Below, piece after piece: positions 33,683 to 45,721 of a DNA stretch of 50,881 bases; within the stretch, counting starts at the first letter, position 1; each line of letters opens with the position of its first letter. Below the pieces are notes generated by a model. It was not told the DNA's origin and made no database searches. It saw only the letters and a program-made list of their open reading frames with translations. This DNA is from Macrostomum lignano (Eukaryota). The position numbers were made by a program, and so were the translations under genes. The stretch spans positions 1-50,881 of the forward strand of contig NIVC01001056.1 in the NCBI GenBank assembly GCA_002269645.1, given 5' to 3'.

Positions 33683-34479
33683 ATACAATACGATTCCGAC
33701 AATGAGACACAAACTTTTAACTGCTACATTTACCAATATGCGTCTCTTAGGAACGCTTGAACCTGCTCCGGAATCTCCCAGAATGCGCCACAGAAACTGA
33801 GCCTCGAACCTTGAACACAGTGTACCTCTTTTCCCAAACATCCTTAGCGAAGAGCTGGCGCTGTGTCCATAGGCATCAGTGGATGAACAGAAATATACAA
33901 AATTTAGTCGTAATGCATGCATGGCTTGCAAATCATAACCCACGAGTACAGCTGTGTTGGGTTGGTTTCCATGGCAAAATAACGCCGGTCTCGTTCACTG
34001 AAATACCCTCATTAGCTGAGCCCGACAACAACTGCCATTTTAAGCCCAAAAAGCGGCTCAGTGGGTAAGCAGAATGACAATAAGGAGGAATTACTAAAGT
34101 ATCGCAGGTGCAAGTTTTCTCACGGGCCAAAGTAACTGATGCCATGCTGTAGACATTGACGCCGTATTGTGTTGTTAGTTGTTAGAGATTGGGTAGGAAG
34201 TTTTGAGCACATCTCAGGTGTGCCACTCAGCCTGCAAGCATTTGCAGACCCGAAAGGCTTGCGGTAAATCTCTGGCTCTATGCAGCTATTTCGGTACCCA
34301 AGAGGCACCAGTTATGGACAAGCTGATTCCCAATTCACCGCACGGTCTATGCTGTGATGCTGACTGCAATAAATCAGCCTCTGGCTTACTTCTAAACTAG
34401 ACCAAGTCTGAGACAATAAAGAAAGTTTAAATTCTCTCATTGTTAGCTGTACGGAGTACGGATAACTTCAGAGTAGCGG

Positions 34480-34850
34480 TGGGGGGGGCTGAGTAGCGGC
34501 GTGGGGCTGAGAAGCGGTGTGGGGCTGAGTAGCGGTGTGGGGCTGAGTAGCGGTGTGGGGCTGAGTAGCGGTGTGTGGCTGAGTAGCGGTGTGGGGCTGA
34601 GTAGCGGTGTGAGGCTGAGAAGCGGTGGGGGCTGAGTAGCGGTGGGGGCTGAGTAGCGGTGTGGGGCTGAGAAGCGGTGTGTGGCTGAGTAGCGGTGTGT
34701 GGCTGAGAAGCGGTGGGGGCTGAGAAGCGGTGTGGGGCTGAGTAGCGGTGTGTGGCTGAGTAGCGGTGTGTGGCTGAGAAGCGGTGTGGGGCTGAGTAGC
34801 GGTGTGGGGCTGAGTAGCGGTGTGTGGCTGAGAAGCAGTGTGGGGCGAGT
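34480..34850. repeat. 18-bp minisatellite (gagtagcggtgtggggct)n
   Basis: Tandem units. Confidence 0.92.
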
Positions 34851-35224
34851 CCACAGTTAATTGAACTGCGCTAAATCGATAGCTTCAATCAAACACAGCA
34901 GTTTCATATTGGCGATGCCTCCATGCGCTGTGGCCAGTGAAATTCCTCAACAGCAGCCCCAAGGATGCAGTAAAGCCGACCCAATGCACAGAAGGCCTGG
35001 GCAGCTCTCCTAAGCAGCAGAGCCGGCCGCTGCAGTCTCTGCAGTTACCTCTCCCACCGGGGCCCGCCGGCATTTAGTTTGGGGATGAGGAAGACAGTCC
35101 AGAATCCCGGAGACTCCCGAGACCGATTGAGATTTATGACCCCGAATCAGAGTAAGAAGAGTCAGAGAGAAATGAGCTGCGCAAAGTAGAGCCAATTCTC
35201 ATTTCCGAAGGCCCTCACTGCTTT

Positions 35225-35590
35225 AGACTTCTATCTGCCATTCTATCTGCTAATCTGTCTGCCATTCTATCTGCTATTCTATGCCATTCTATCTGCTAAT
35301 CTGTCTGCCATTCTACCTGCTATTCTATGCCATTCTATCTGCTAATCTGTCTGCCATTCTATCTGCCATTCTATCTGCTAATCTGTCTGCCATTCTATCT
35401 GCTATTCTATGCCATTCTATCTGCTAATCTGTCTGCCATTCTATCTGCTATTCTATCTGCCATTTTATCTGCCATTCTATCTGCTAATATATCTGCCATT
35501 CTATCTGTCATTCTATCTGCCAATATATCTGCCAATCTATCTGCAATTCTATCTGCCATTCTATCTGACATTAATTATGCAATTCTATCT
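35225..35590. repeat. 12-bp minisatellite (ctatctgccatt)n
   Basis: Tandem degenerate units. Confidence 0.9.
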
Positions 35591-35904
35591 CTATGTGTGA
35601 ATCTGTTTACCTTTTTGTTAACGCACTTCTGAGTTTTTCAATGTTTTAATCTATTAAATCGATTAAAATAAGCAGGAAAATTTAATTTCGTGAGAACCGC
35701 CAATCTCAGTTCTCAATGTGGAAGTGCCTGCTGTCACACTGCACACACACACGAGTATATATGTGTTTTTAATGCAAACGTTGATTGCTATTAATATAAT
35801 ATAAAAAGTTAACTGTAGCAGCAGTACAAAAGCGATTCTATCTGCCATTCTCGCAAGCTTCACACGCAAGCGATTCATCTGAACTAGCAATGCGTTAAGA
35901 CTAG

Positions 35905-36145
35905 CATCTAGACTAGCAATCCATCTCTACTAGCCATCCATCTCTACTAGCAATCCATCTCTACTAGCAATCTATCTACTAGTAATCCATCTCTACTAGC
36001 AATCCATCTAGACTAGCAATCCATCTAGTCTAGCAATCCATCTAGTCCAGCAATCCATCTAGACTAGCAATCCATCTAGTCTAGCAATCCATCTAGTCTA
36101 GCAATCCATCTAGTCTAGCAACCCATCTAGTCTAGCAATCCATCA
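35905..36145. repeat. 17-bp minisatellite (ctagcaatccatctagt)n
   Basis: Tandem units; same family as 38863-39643. Confidence 0.9.
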
Positions 36146-37049
36146 AAATAACTGGAGATGAGGCAGCTCAGCCCTTAACCAATGCTCACGCCTGACTGCG
36201 TGTCTTACTGGGTTGGTAAAAAAATCCCAATTTCGCGACGGGAAATGGCAAAAAATGTTGAAAGTTAAATACCGCACGGCTCGAAGCTTTAAGAAGCGAA
36301 AAAATATATAAAGTCGTTAACGTTTTTAGACGGAGAGCACAGTGAGAGAAAACGGTTGAAAAAAGCTGACTATGCTACTGAAAAGCCGTCAGTAGCAAGT
36401 AGAGAAAGATTATCAAAATTCTTGCCAGGGCTTTATGAAAACTCGAACAAATATTGGTTTAATCCAGCCTTAAAAATCTAAACTATGTACCTAAGAGGTC
36501 CTGGGTTCGATGCCCTAGCAGAGGTGTATTGTTTAAAATTCGAATGAATAAAAACTGTGAAAACAATACCGTGGAGGAATATTTAATAACCAGTTTGGAA
36601 GGACAAGTTGACCAGATAGTGAAAACGCGATCAAGAAGTTGAAAGCAAATTATATGAGTGAAAAACTGGCTACTCTGAAAGGCAGGTTAATACTGGACCT
36701 TTGCAAGTGGTTGCACTTGTGTGACAAATAACAGAATATTCTTGGCTAGAAATTAATGACAAAGCAATTGATTAATTGGGGTTATCAATATTCGCAACCA
36801 GTGGAATAGCATTACTTATTGCACTGCTGGGCTTTACATGCTTACAGCAACAGTAAAACCTGTGACAGCAGCTGTAAGTAGTTCAGCTATCAGTTGAATA
36901 GCGAATCACGGCGGCTGTCTCAGACTGCGAAGCAAAGCTGCAAAGCTTGCTGTGCTATGTACAGGTGCACCTGGGAGCCAGGCTGGGGCGCTGAAATGGA
37001 CAGGTATAGCGGGACAGATAGACAGAAAGAGACCATCAGACAGACAAAA

Positions 37050-38385
37050 TCACAGACACAATTGGAGAGACATAATCAGATAGACAATCAGAAAGACACA
37101 ATCAGATAGATGCAAACAAACAGACACAATCGGAGAGAGACAATCGGAGAGAGACACAACCAGAGAAACATAACCAGAGAGACACAACCAGAGAGACACA
37201 ACCAGAGAGACACAATCGGAGAGACACAACAAGAGAGACAATCAGAGAGACAACCAGAGAGACACAATCGGAGAGAGACAATCGGAGAGAGACACAACCA
37301 GAGAGATACAACCAGAGAGACACAATCGGATAGAGACACAACTAGAAAGACACAACCAGAGAGATACAATCGGATAGAGACACAACCAGAGAGACACAAT
37401 CGGAGAGACACAATCGGACAGAGACACAACCAGAGAGACACAATCGAAGAGGGACACAACCAGAGAGACACAATCAGAGAGAGACACAATCGGAGAGAGA
37501 CACAATCGGAGAGAGACACAATCGGAGAGACCCAATCGGAGAGGCACAATCAGAGAGACACAACCAGAGAGACACAATCGGAGAGGGACACAATCGGAGA
37601 GAGACACAATCGTAGAGGGACACAACCAGAGAGACACAATCGGAGAGAGACACAATCGGAGAGAGACACAATCGGAGAGACACAACCAGAGAGACACAAC
37701 CAGAGAGACACAATCGGAGAGAGACAATCGGAGAGAGACACAACCAGAGAGACACAACCAGAGAGACACAATCGGATAGAGACACAACTAGAAAGACACA
37801 ACCAGAGAGATACAATCGGATAGAGACACAACCAGAGAGACACAATCGGAGAGACACAATCGGACAGAGACACAACCAGAGAGACACAATCGAAGAGGGA
37901 CACAACCAGAGAGACACAATCAGAGAGAGACACAATCGGAGAGAGACACAATCGGAGAGAGACACAATCGGAGAGACCCAATCGGAGAGGCACAATCAGA
38001 GAGACACAACCAGAGAGACACAATCGGAGAGGGACACAATCGGAGAGAGACACAATCGTAGAGGGACACAACCAGAGAGACACAATCGGAGAGAGACACA
38101 ATCGGAGAGAGACACAATCGGAGAGACACAACCAGAGAGACACAACCAGAGAGACACAATCGGAGAGACACAACCAGAGAGACACAACCAGAGAGACACA
38201 ACCAGAGAGACACAACCAGAGAGACACAACCAGAGAGACAATCGGAGAGACACAACCAAAGAGACACAACCAAAGAGACACAATCGGGAGAGACACAACC
38301 AGAGAGACACAACAACCAGAGAGACACAACCAGAGAGACACAACCAGAGAGACACAACCAGAGACACAACCAGAGACACAAGCAC
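37050..38385. repeat. (gagagacacaa[c/t]c[a/g])n minisatellite with a 446-bp higher-order duplication
   Basis: The same variant string starts at 37381 and 37827. Confidence 0.93.
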
Positions 38386-38564
38386 CAAGCAGGAAAGACA
38401 AAGACAGAAAACATGCCATTGGCAGTGCATGAAACGAATGCAGAGACGCAGTGAAAGCGGCTGCAAAGTGAAGGGCACTAGCAACAGAGATGAAGCATTA
38501 GCAGCCCAGCTAACCGGACAGAGCGGACGCGGGGACGGCCGGAAGGAGGGGACTCAGAAAATGC

Positions 38565-41500
38565 TCAAATATAGTGCGGAGTCTCCTGCCCAGTGAGCAG
38601 TCTGAACACTGAGGTCGGCATGGTTTTCATGTGGATCTCCCCCACTCCGGAGGCCAGCATGGAGACAATCTTGTCGTGCGGGGTGGCCACCACGGACTGG
38701 CCGTTGATCTCGATGATCCGGTGGCCGACTCGGACTCCGCCGCGTTCGGCGATGCCGCCACGGAGCAGCGAGCAGATGACGCCGTTTTGCACACTGAAGC
38801 CCAATTGGTACTTGGCGTCTGGCCGGCGGATTAGCACCTGCAGCAGTTCGGGATCTTGGCTGGACTAGCAATCCATCTAGGCTAGCAATCCATCTAGGCT
38901 AGCAATCCATCTAGGCTAGCAATCCATCTAGGCTAGCAATCCATCTAGGCTAGCAATCCATCTAGGCTAGCAATCCATCTAGGCTAGCAATCCATCTAGG
39001 CTAGCAATCCATCTAGGCTAGCAATCCATCTAGGCTAGCAATCCATCTAGTCCAGCAATCCATCTAGACTAGCAATCCATCTAGTCTAGCAATCCATCTA
39101 GGCTAGCAATCCATCTAGGCTAGCAATCCATCTAGGCTAGCAATCCATCTAGGCTAGCAATCCATCTAGGCTAGCAATCCATCTAGGCTAGCAATCCATC
39201 TAGGCTAGCAATCCATCTAGGCTAGCAATCCATCTAGGCTAGCAATCCATCTAGGCTAGCAATCCATCTAGGCTAGCAATCCATCTAGGCTAGCAATCCA
39301 TCTAGGCTAGCAATCCATCTAGGCTAGCAATCCATCTAGGCTAGCAATCCATCTAGGCTAGCAATCCATCTAGGCTAGCAATCCATCTAGGCTAGCAATC
39401 CATCTAGGCTAGCAATCCATCTAGGCTAGCAATCCATCTAGGCTAGCAATCCATCTAGTCTAGACTAGCAATCCATCTAGGCTAGCAATCCATCTAGTCT
39501 AGACTAGCAATGCATTTAGTGTGGACTAGCAATCCATCTAGGCTAGCAATCCATCTTGACTAGGCTAGCAATCCATCTTGACTAGGCTAGCAATCCATCT
39601 TGACTAGGCTAGCAATCCATCTTGACTAGGCTAGCAATCCATCCCAGGTAAACTAGAGTACCTGCACAACAGGCGGACAGGACACCAAGCTGAGCTTGAC
39701 TGCAGTCCTCGGTCGGCAGGCTTTGAGCAGCTGCTGGCAGGTGGACAGCGGCAGGCCCACCAGACTGACCCCGTTCACCGCCAGCAGCTGGTCGCCGATG
39801 TTAAGCTGGGCGCATCGGGCCGCTGGGCCGGCTGGCTGCATGTTGGCCAGCACGGCGGTGGGCAGCAGGGAGCCCCAGCCGCTTTCAACAACCACAACGC
39901 CCAACGGTTCGCCTTTGGCTTTGGGCACCAGCACCTCTTTCTGGGTCTCCGGCCGGCTGAACAGAGCCAGCTCCTCGCCTAGGAGGTCCTGCGCTTCCAG
40001 CACGTCCTGGTAGGCGGCCTCCCGCAGCTCTCGGCGATGCGGTCGGTCGACGCCGTTCGCGCGAAGAAACTCCAGATAGGCGGATTGGAAGGCCTGGCCG
40101 ATGGACTGGGCTACCAGGCCGGCCTGAGTGGGCGGGGCGGTGTGTGATATCAACTGATTTATTAATTGATAATGAGTGAGCCCCTCAAAGGGCCGTTTTT
40201 ATTTTCAGATAATTTGGGTGGACAGGGCAGGTGTGTGATATCAGTTGTCGATTTATTCATTGATAATGATTCTGTCCTTCAAAGGGCCGTTTTTCAGATA
40301 ATTTGGGTGGACAGGGCAGGTGCGTGATATCAAATGATTTATTTACTAAATATAGGTGAGGCCCTAAAAGGGCCGTTTTTATTATCTGGGCAGGTGTGTG
40401 TGAAATTAATTGACTTATTCATTGATTATAGTTGAGCCTCTAAAAGGGCCGTTTTTATTGATTTTGGATGGCGGGGCAGGTTAGTGTGAAATCAATTGAT
40501 TTATTGATTGATATAGCAAAAGGGCGCCCAAAAGAACCCATGTATGCGTGCTTTGAATGCTTTCACTACAGAGAAGGTATAGTTCACTGGGCCTCATTAG
40601 CAAGTCGTCCAGACTCCATCATCCTCGAGACTATTCGGGGACTGTTTGCTGTGTGAGGTTATAATTTTAGCAAAAATGAGAATAGCGAAATAATTCGAAA
40701 CTTTCAGCATGGACGAGTGGCGAAATCAATCAAGAACACACAGCTAGTTTCGACCTAGTAATAATAATATAATCATTGATTACACCTGCCCCAATCGGGC
40801 CTGATGTGCAACCGACATCGCATCTGAAGGCTGCGTACGGCTGTTCAGTCCAATGACTGAAGGGTCGCCACACACAGCCTCAATTACCCCAGCTAATGCT
40901 GGCACCCATTTTATAGCTCAAGCAATGTAGAGTAGTGTCTTGCTCAAGGACACAAATTGTTCCGAGAGTGGGTCGAACCGAATCGAACCCCCGACCTTCC
41001 AGCCATGAGTCCAATGCTCTAACCACTAGGCTACAACCACGGTCTCTTACTGAGAAGACTCAATTTGAACTGGAATATACAAGACACTGGAGACAAAGTG
41101 TCACGTGGGGGCAGAAAGTGAAGTTCACTTCCTGTTTAAGTGCAGTTGGAACTTTGGAACTTTTATAGTTCTCCCGTGATCAATTTGAACAGAAAATCTC
41201 GGATAAAGTTTCGATTTAAAAATAGAAAAAAACGAAGGGAGATAAACGAAAAAGGAGAGGCGAGAGAATAAAGGAGAAGAAAGGAGTGGAAAGATGAGGA
41301 GGGAGGAGAGAGGAGATAAGAGAGAGAAGAGAAGAGGAGATGGGGCGAGAGGAGAGGAGAGAGGAGAGAGGAGATGATAGAGAAGAGAGGAGAGGAGAGC
41401 GGAGAGGAGAGAGGAGAGGAGAAAGGAGAGAGGAGAGAGGAGAGAGGAGAGATGATAGAGAAGAGAGGAGAGAGGAGAGGAGAGAGGAGAGAGGAGAGAG

Positions 41501-44500
41501 GAGAGGAGAGGAGAGAGGAGAGGAGAGAGGAGAGAGGAGAGGAGAGGAGAGAGGAGAGAGGAGAGAGGAGAGGAGAGAGGAGAGAGGAGAGAGGAGATGA
41601 TAGAAAAGAGAAGAGAGGAGAGAGGAGAGGAGATGATAGAGAAGAGAGGAGAGAGGAGAGGAGAGAGGAGAGAGGAGAGAGGAGAGGAGAGGAGAGAGGA
41701 GAGGAGAGAGGAGAGAGGAGAGGAGAGGAGAGAGGAGAGAGGAGAGAGGAGAGGAGAGAGGAGAGAGGAGAGAGGAGATGATAGAAAAGAGAAGAGAGGA
41801 GAGAGGAGAGGAGATGATAGAGAAGATAGGAGAGGAGAGAGGAGGGCGAAGAGAAGAGAAGAGAGAAGAGAGGAAAGGGTAGAGAGGAGATTAGAGAGAA
41901 GAGCGCTGAGAAGAGATACAAACCTTGAGCAGGCCGGATTGCTATGGTGAAGTTTCAAAGGACCCGAGGGCCGGATGGAGAGGCACGCGGGCCGGAGTTT
42001 GCCGACCCCTGTACTATAAAAAGCTATTTTTATTCCAATAATTAGATAATAGTAAGCTTTATTTCCATGAATAAGAATGTCCGCGCACACACGCAGAGCT
42101 CAGGCAGTGCGCACTCACCTCGTCAGTCTCGAACACGTGGCAGACAACGCGGGCCTGCTTCTTCTCCGGACTGTGCAGGAGCCGCCTGCGGGCCATGAAC
42201 ACCAGCAGGTTGCCAATATCTGCGATGTAGGCCACGGTCTTCAGCGCGTGGTCCATCATGATCTCCTGCAGGTTGGCGTTCAGCACCAGGATCTTTTCCT
42301 TGGAGATGAACAGGTCGACTGGGACGCAGGGCTGCTGCTCTCCATCCGGCGCCTTGGCGGGCGGTGGACGGTTGAGGTCTTTGATTTAGGGAATCGCGGT
42401 ACTGGGAAAGCGGCGGTGGCCCAGCAACTGAGCATCTGGGAGGCTGGCCCAGCAACTGAGGATCTGGGAGGCTGGCCCAGCAACTGAGGATCTGGGAGGC
42501 TGGCCCAGCAACTGAGGATCTGGGAGGCTGGCCCAGCAACTGAGGATCTGGGAGGCTGGCCCAGCAACTGAGGATCTGGGAGGCTGGCCCAGCAACTGAG
42601 GATCTGGGAGGCTAACTTAACAACTGAGGATCTGGGAGGCTAACTTAACAACTGAGGATCTGGGAGACTGGCCCAGCAACTGAGGATCTGAGAGGCTGGC
42701 CCAGCAACTGAGGATCTGGGAGACTGGCCCAGCAACTGAGGATCTAAGAGGCTGGCTCAGCAACTGAGGATCTGGGAGACTGGCCCAGTAACTGGGTATC
42801 TGGAGAGGCCCAGAAACTGAGAATATGGGAGGCTGGCCCAGCAACTGAGGATCTGGGAGGCTGGCTCAGCAACTGAGGATCTGGGAGACTGGCCCAGTAA
42901 CTGGGTATCTGGAGAGGCCCAGAAACTGAGAATATGGGAGGCTGGCACAGCAACTGAGGATCTGGGAGGCTGGCCCAGCAACTGAGGATCTGGGAGGCTG
43001 GCCCAGTAACTGAGGATCTGGGAGGCTGGCCCAGCAACTGAGGATCTGGGAGGCTGGCCCAGCAACTAAGGATCTGGGAGGCTGGCCCAGCAACTGAGGA
43101 TCTGGGAGGCTGGCCCAGCAACTGAGGATCTGAGAGGCTGGCTTAGCAACTGAGGATCTGGGAGGCTGGCCCAGCAACTGAGGATCTGGGAGGCTGGCCC
43201 AGCAACTGAGGATCTGGGAGGCTAACTTAACAACTGAGGATCTGGGAGACTGGCCCAGCAACTGAGGATCTGAGAGGCTGGCTCAGCAACTGAGGATCTG
43301 GGAGACTGGCCCAGTAACTGAGGATCTGGGAGGCTGGCCCAGCAACTGAGGATCTGGGAGGCTGGCCCAGCAACTAAGGATCTGGGAGGCTGGCCCAGCA
43401 ACTGAGGATCTGGGAGGCTGGCACAGCAACTGAGGATCTGAGAGGCTGGCTCAGCAACTGAGGATCTGGGAGGCTGGCCCAGCAACTGAGGATCTGAGAG
43501 GCTGGCTCAGCAACTGAGGATCTGGGAGGCTGGCCCAGCAACTGAGGATCTGGGAGACTGGCCCAGCAACTGAGGATCTGAGAGGCTGGCTCAGCAACTG
43601 AGGATCTGGGAGACTGGCCCAGTAACTGGGTATCTGGAGAGGCCCAGAAACTGAGAATATGGGAGGCTGGCCCAGCAACTGAGGATCTGGGAGGCTGGCC
43701 CAGCAACTGAGGATCTGGGAGACTGGCCCAGTAACTGGGTATCTGGAGAGGCCCAGAAACTGAGAATATGGGAGGCTGGCACAGCAACTGAGGATCTGGG
43801 AGGCTGGCCCAGCAACTGAGGATCTGGGAGGCTGGCCCAGTAACTGAGGATCTGGGAGGCTGGCCCAGCAACTGAGAATATGGGAGGCTGGCCCAGCAAC
43901 TGAGGATCTGGGAGGCTGGCCCAGCAACTGAGGATCTGGGAGACTGGCCCAGTAACTGGGTATCTGGAGAGGCCCAGAAACTGAGAATATGGGAGGCTGG
44001 CACAGCAACTGAGGATCTGGGAGGCTGGCCCAGCAACTGAGGATCTGGGAGGCTGGCCCAGCAACTGAGGATCTGGGAGGCTGGCCCAGCAACTGAGGAT
44101 CTGGGAGGCTGGCCCAGCAACTGAGGATCTGAGAGGCTGGCTCAGCAACTGAGGATCTGGGAGGCTGGCCCAGCAACTGAGGATCTGTGAGGCTGGCCCA
44201 GCAACTGAGGATCTGGGAGGCTGGCCCAGTAACTGAGGATCTGGGAGGCTGGCCCAGCAACTGAGGATCTGGGAGGCTGGCCCAGCAACTGAGGATCTGG
44301 GAGGCTGGCCCAGCAACTGAGGATCTGGGAGGCTGGCCCAGAAACTGAGGATCTGGGAGGCTGGCCCAACAACTGAGGATCTGGGAGGCTGGCCCAGCAA
44401 CTGAGGATCTGGGAGGCTGGCCCAGCAACTGAGGATCTGGGAGGCTGGCCCAGCAACTGAGGATCTGAGAGGCTGGCTCAGCAACTGAGGATCTGGGAGG

Positions 44501-45721
44501 CTGGCCCAGCAACTGAGGATCTGTGAGGCTGGCCCAGCAACTGAGGATCTGGGAGGCTGGCCCAGCAACTGAGGATCTGGGAGGCTGGCCCAGCAACTGA
44601 GGATCTGGGAGGCTGGCCCAGCAACTGAGGATCTGGGAGACTGGCCCAGTAACTGGGTATCTGGAGAGGCCCAGAAACTGAGAATATGGGAGGCTGGCAC
44701 AGCAACTGAGGATCTGGGAGGCTGGCCCAGCAACTGAGGATCTGGGAGGCTGGCCCAGCAACTGAGGATCTGGGAGGCTGGCCCAGCAACTGAGGATCTG
44801 GGAGGCTGGCCCAGCAACTGAGGATCTGAGAGGCTGGCTCAGCAACTGAGGATCTGGGAGGCTGGCCCAGCAACTGAGGATCTGTGAGGCTGGCCCAGCA
44901 ACTGAGGATCTGGGAGGCTGGCCCAGTAACTGAGGATCTGGGAGGCTGGCCCAGCAACTGAGGATCTGGGAGGCTGGCCCAGCAACTGAGGATCTGGGAG
45001 GCTGGCCCAGCAACTGAGGATCTGGGAGGCTGGCCCAGAAACTGAGGATCTGGGAGGCTGGCCCAACAACTGAGGATCTGGGAGGCTGGCCCAGCAACTG
45101 AGGATCTGGGAGGCTGGCCCAGCAACTGAGGATCTGGGAGGCTGGCCCAGCAACTGAGGATCTGAGAGGCTGGCTCAGCAACTGAGGATCTGGGAGGCTG
45201 GCCCAGCAACTGAGGATCTGTGAGGCTGGCCCAGCAACTGAGGATCTGGGAGGCTGGCCCAGCAACTGAGGATCTGGGAGGCTGGCCCAGCAACTGAGGA
45301 TCTGGGAGGCTGGCCCAGCAACTGAGGATCTGGGAGGCTGGCCAGCAACTGAGGATCTGGGAGGCTGGCCCAGAAACTGAGGATCTGGGAGGCTGGCCCA
45401 ACAACTGAGGATCTGGGAGGCTGGCCCAGCAACTGAGGATCTGGGAGGCTGGCTCAGCAACTGAGGATCTGGGAGGCTGGCTCAGCAACTGAGGATCTGA
45501 GAGGGTGGCGTTGGCCCAGTAAGTGGAGATCTGGGAGGCTGGTGACTGAGACGTAAAGATGTAGCAGGATGCTCATCAGTGCTCCAGCTCGGACACCCAC
45601 CTTGACCCTGTTCACAGCCTCCTGCGCTTGCGTCATCCTGGCGGCTTTGCCGGGCTGGCCCTCGTGACCAGCTGGGTAGAGCCGAGGTACAGCGCCCTGA
45701 ACAGCAGGCCCTCGATCAGCA
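38565..45721 (-). CDS. APBA: X11/Mint/LIN-10 (amyloid-beta precursor protein-binding family A) PTB-PDZ-PDZ adaptor; exons 45601-45721, 42119-42352, 39662-40123, 38565-38837
   Basis: [31 protein letters not shown]; [53 protein letters not shown]; [65 protein letters not shown]; [45 protein letters not shown]. Junction phases are consistent. One missing base near 45665. Confidence 0.95.
38863..39643. repeat. 17-bp minisatellite (ctagcaatccatctagg)n, about 45 copies, filling the last APBA intron
   Basis: Near-perfect tandem units. Confidence 0.97.
40135..40510. repeat. degenerate about 100-120-bp tandem repeat (gggcaggtgtgtgatatc..aaagggccgttttt), about 4 copies
   Basis: Recurring gggcaggtg and aaagggccgttttt anchors. 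Confidence 0.7.
40759..41044 (-). mobile_element. full-length tRNA-derived SINE (tRNA-Met-like head, conserved central box, (ATT)n tail)
   Basis: Minus strand: TAGCCTAGTGGTTAGAGC (A box), CTCATGG loop (CAT), GGTTCGATTC (B box), then TGTGTCCTTGAGCAAGACACT..ATAAAATGGGT, and 3' GGCAGGTGTAATCAATGATTATATTATTATTA. Confidence 0.8.
41255..41925. repeat. polypurine (GAGAG/GGAGA)n microsatellite with internal duplication
   Basis: Almost pure A/G strand. Confidence 0.95.
42415..45505 (-). repeat. 28-bp minisatellite, about 110 copies, in APBA PTB-region intron; 697-bp higher-order duplication
   Basis: Unit cagcaactgaggatctgggaggctggcc. Identical variant strings occur at 44142-44456 and 44839-45153. 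Confidence 0.98.

Noticed and set aside
32810-33943. ORFs 32856-33647 (+, PEPGAADSVNV) and 32810-33943 (-, TESAAPGSGTF) as overlapping repeat proteins
   Set aside because: Alternative frames of the neuropeptide repeat. Only the GKR frame has a signal peptide, splice-phase fit and synonymous variation.
40965-41044. Functional tRNA-Met gene
   Set aside because: Duplicated B-box region, no proper acceptor stem, and it continues into a SINE body and tail.
42123-45488. Many long minus-strand ORFs (up to 669 aa, [28 protein letters not shown])
   Set aside because: Translation of a stop-free 28-bp satellite inside an APBA intron; the same text appears in all three frames.
2-45721. GPCR + neuropeptide + X11/Mint as a functional neurosecretory cluster
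   Set aside because: Neuronal genes are common, and the cluster is interrupted by unrelated genes; adjacency alone is not evidence.
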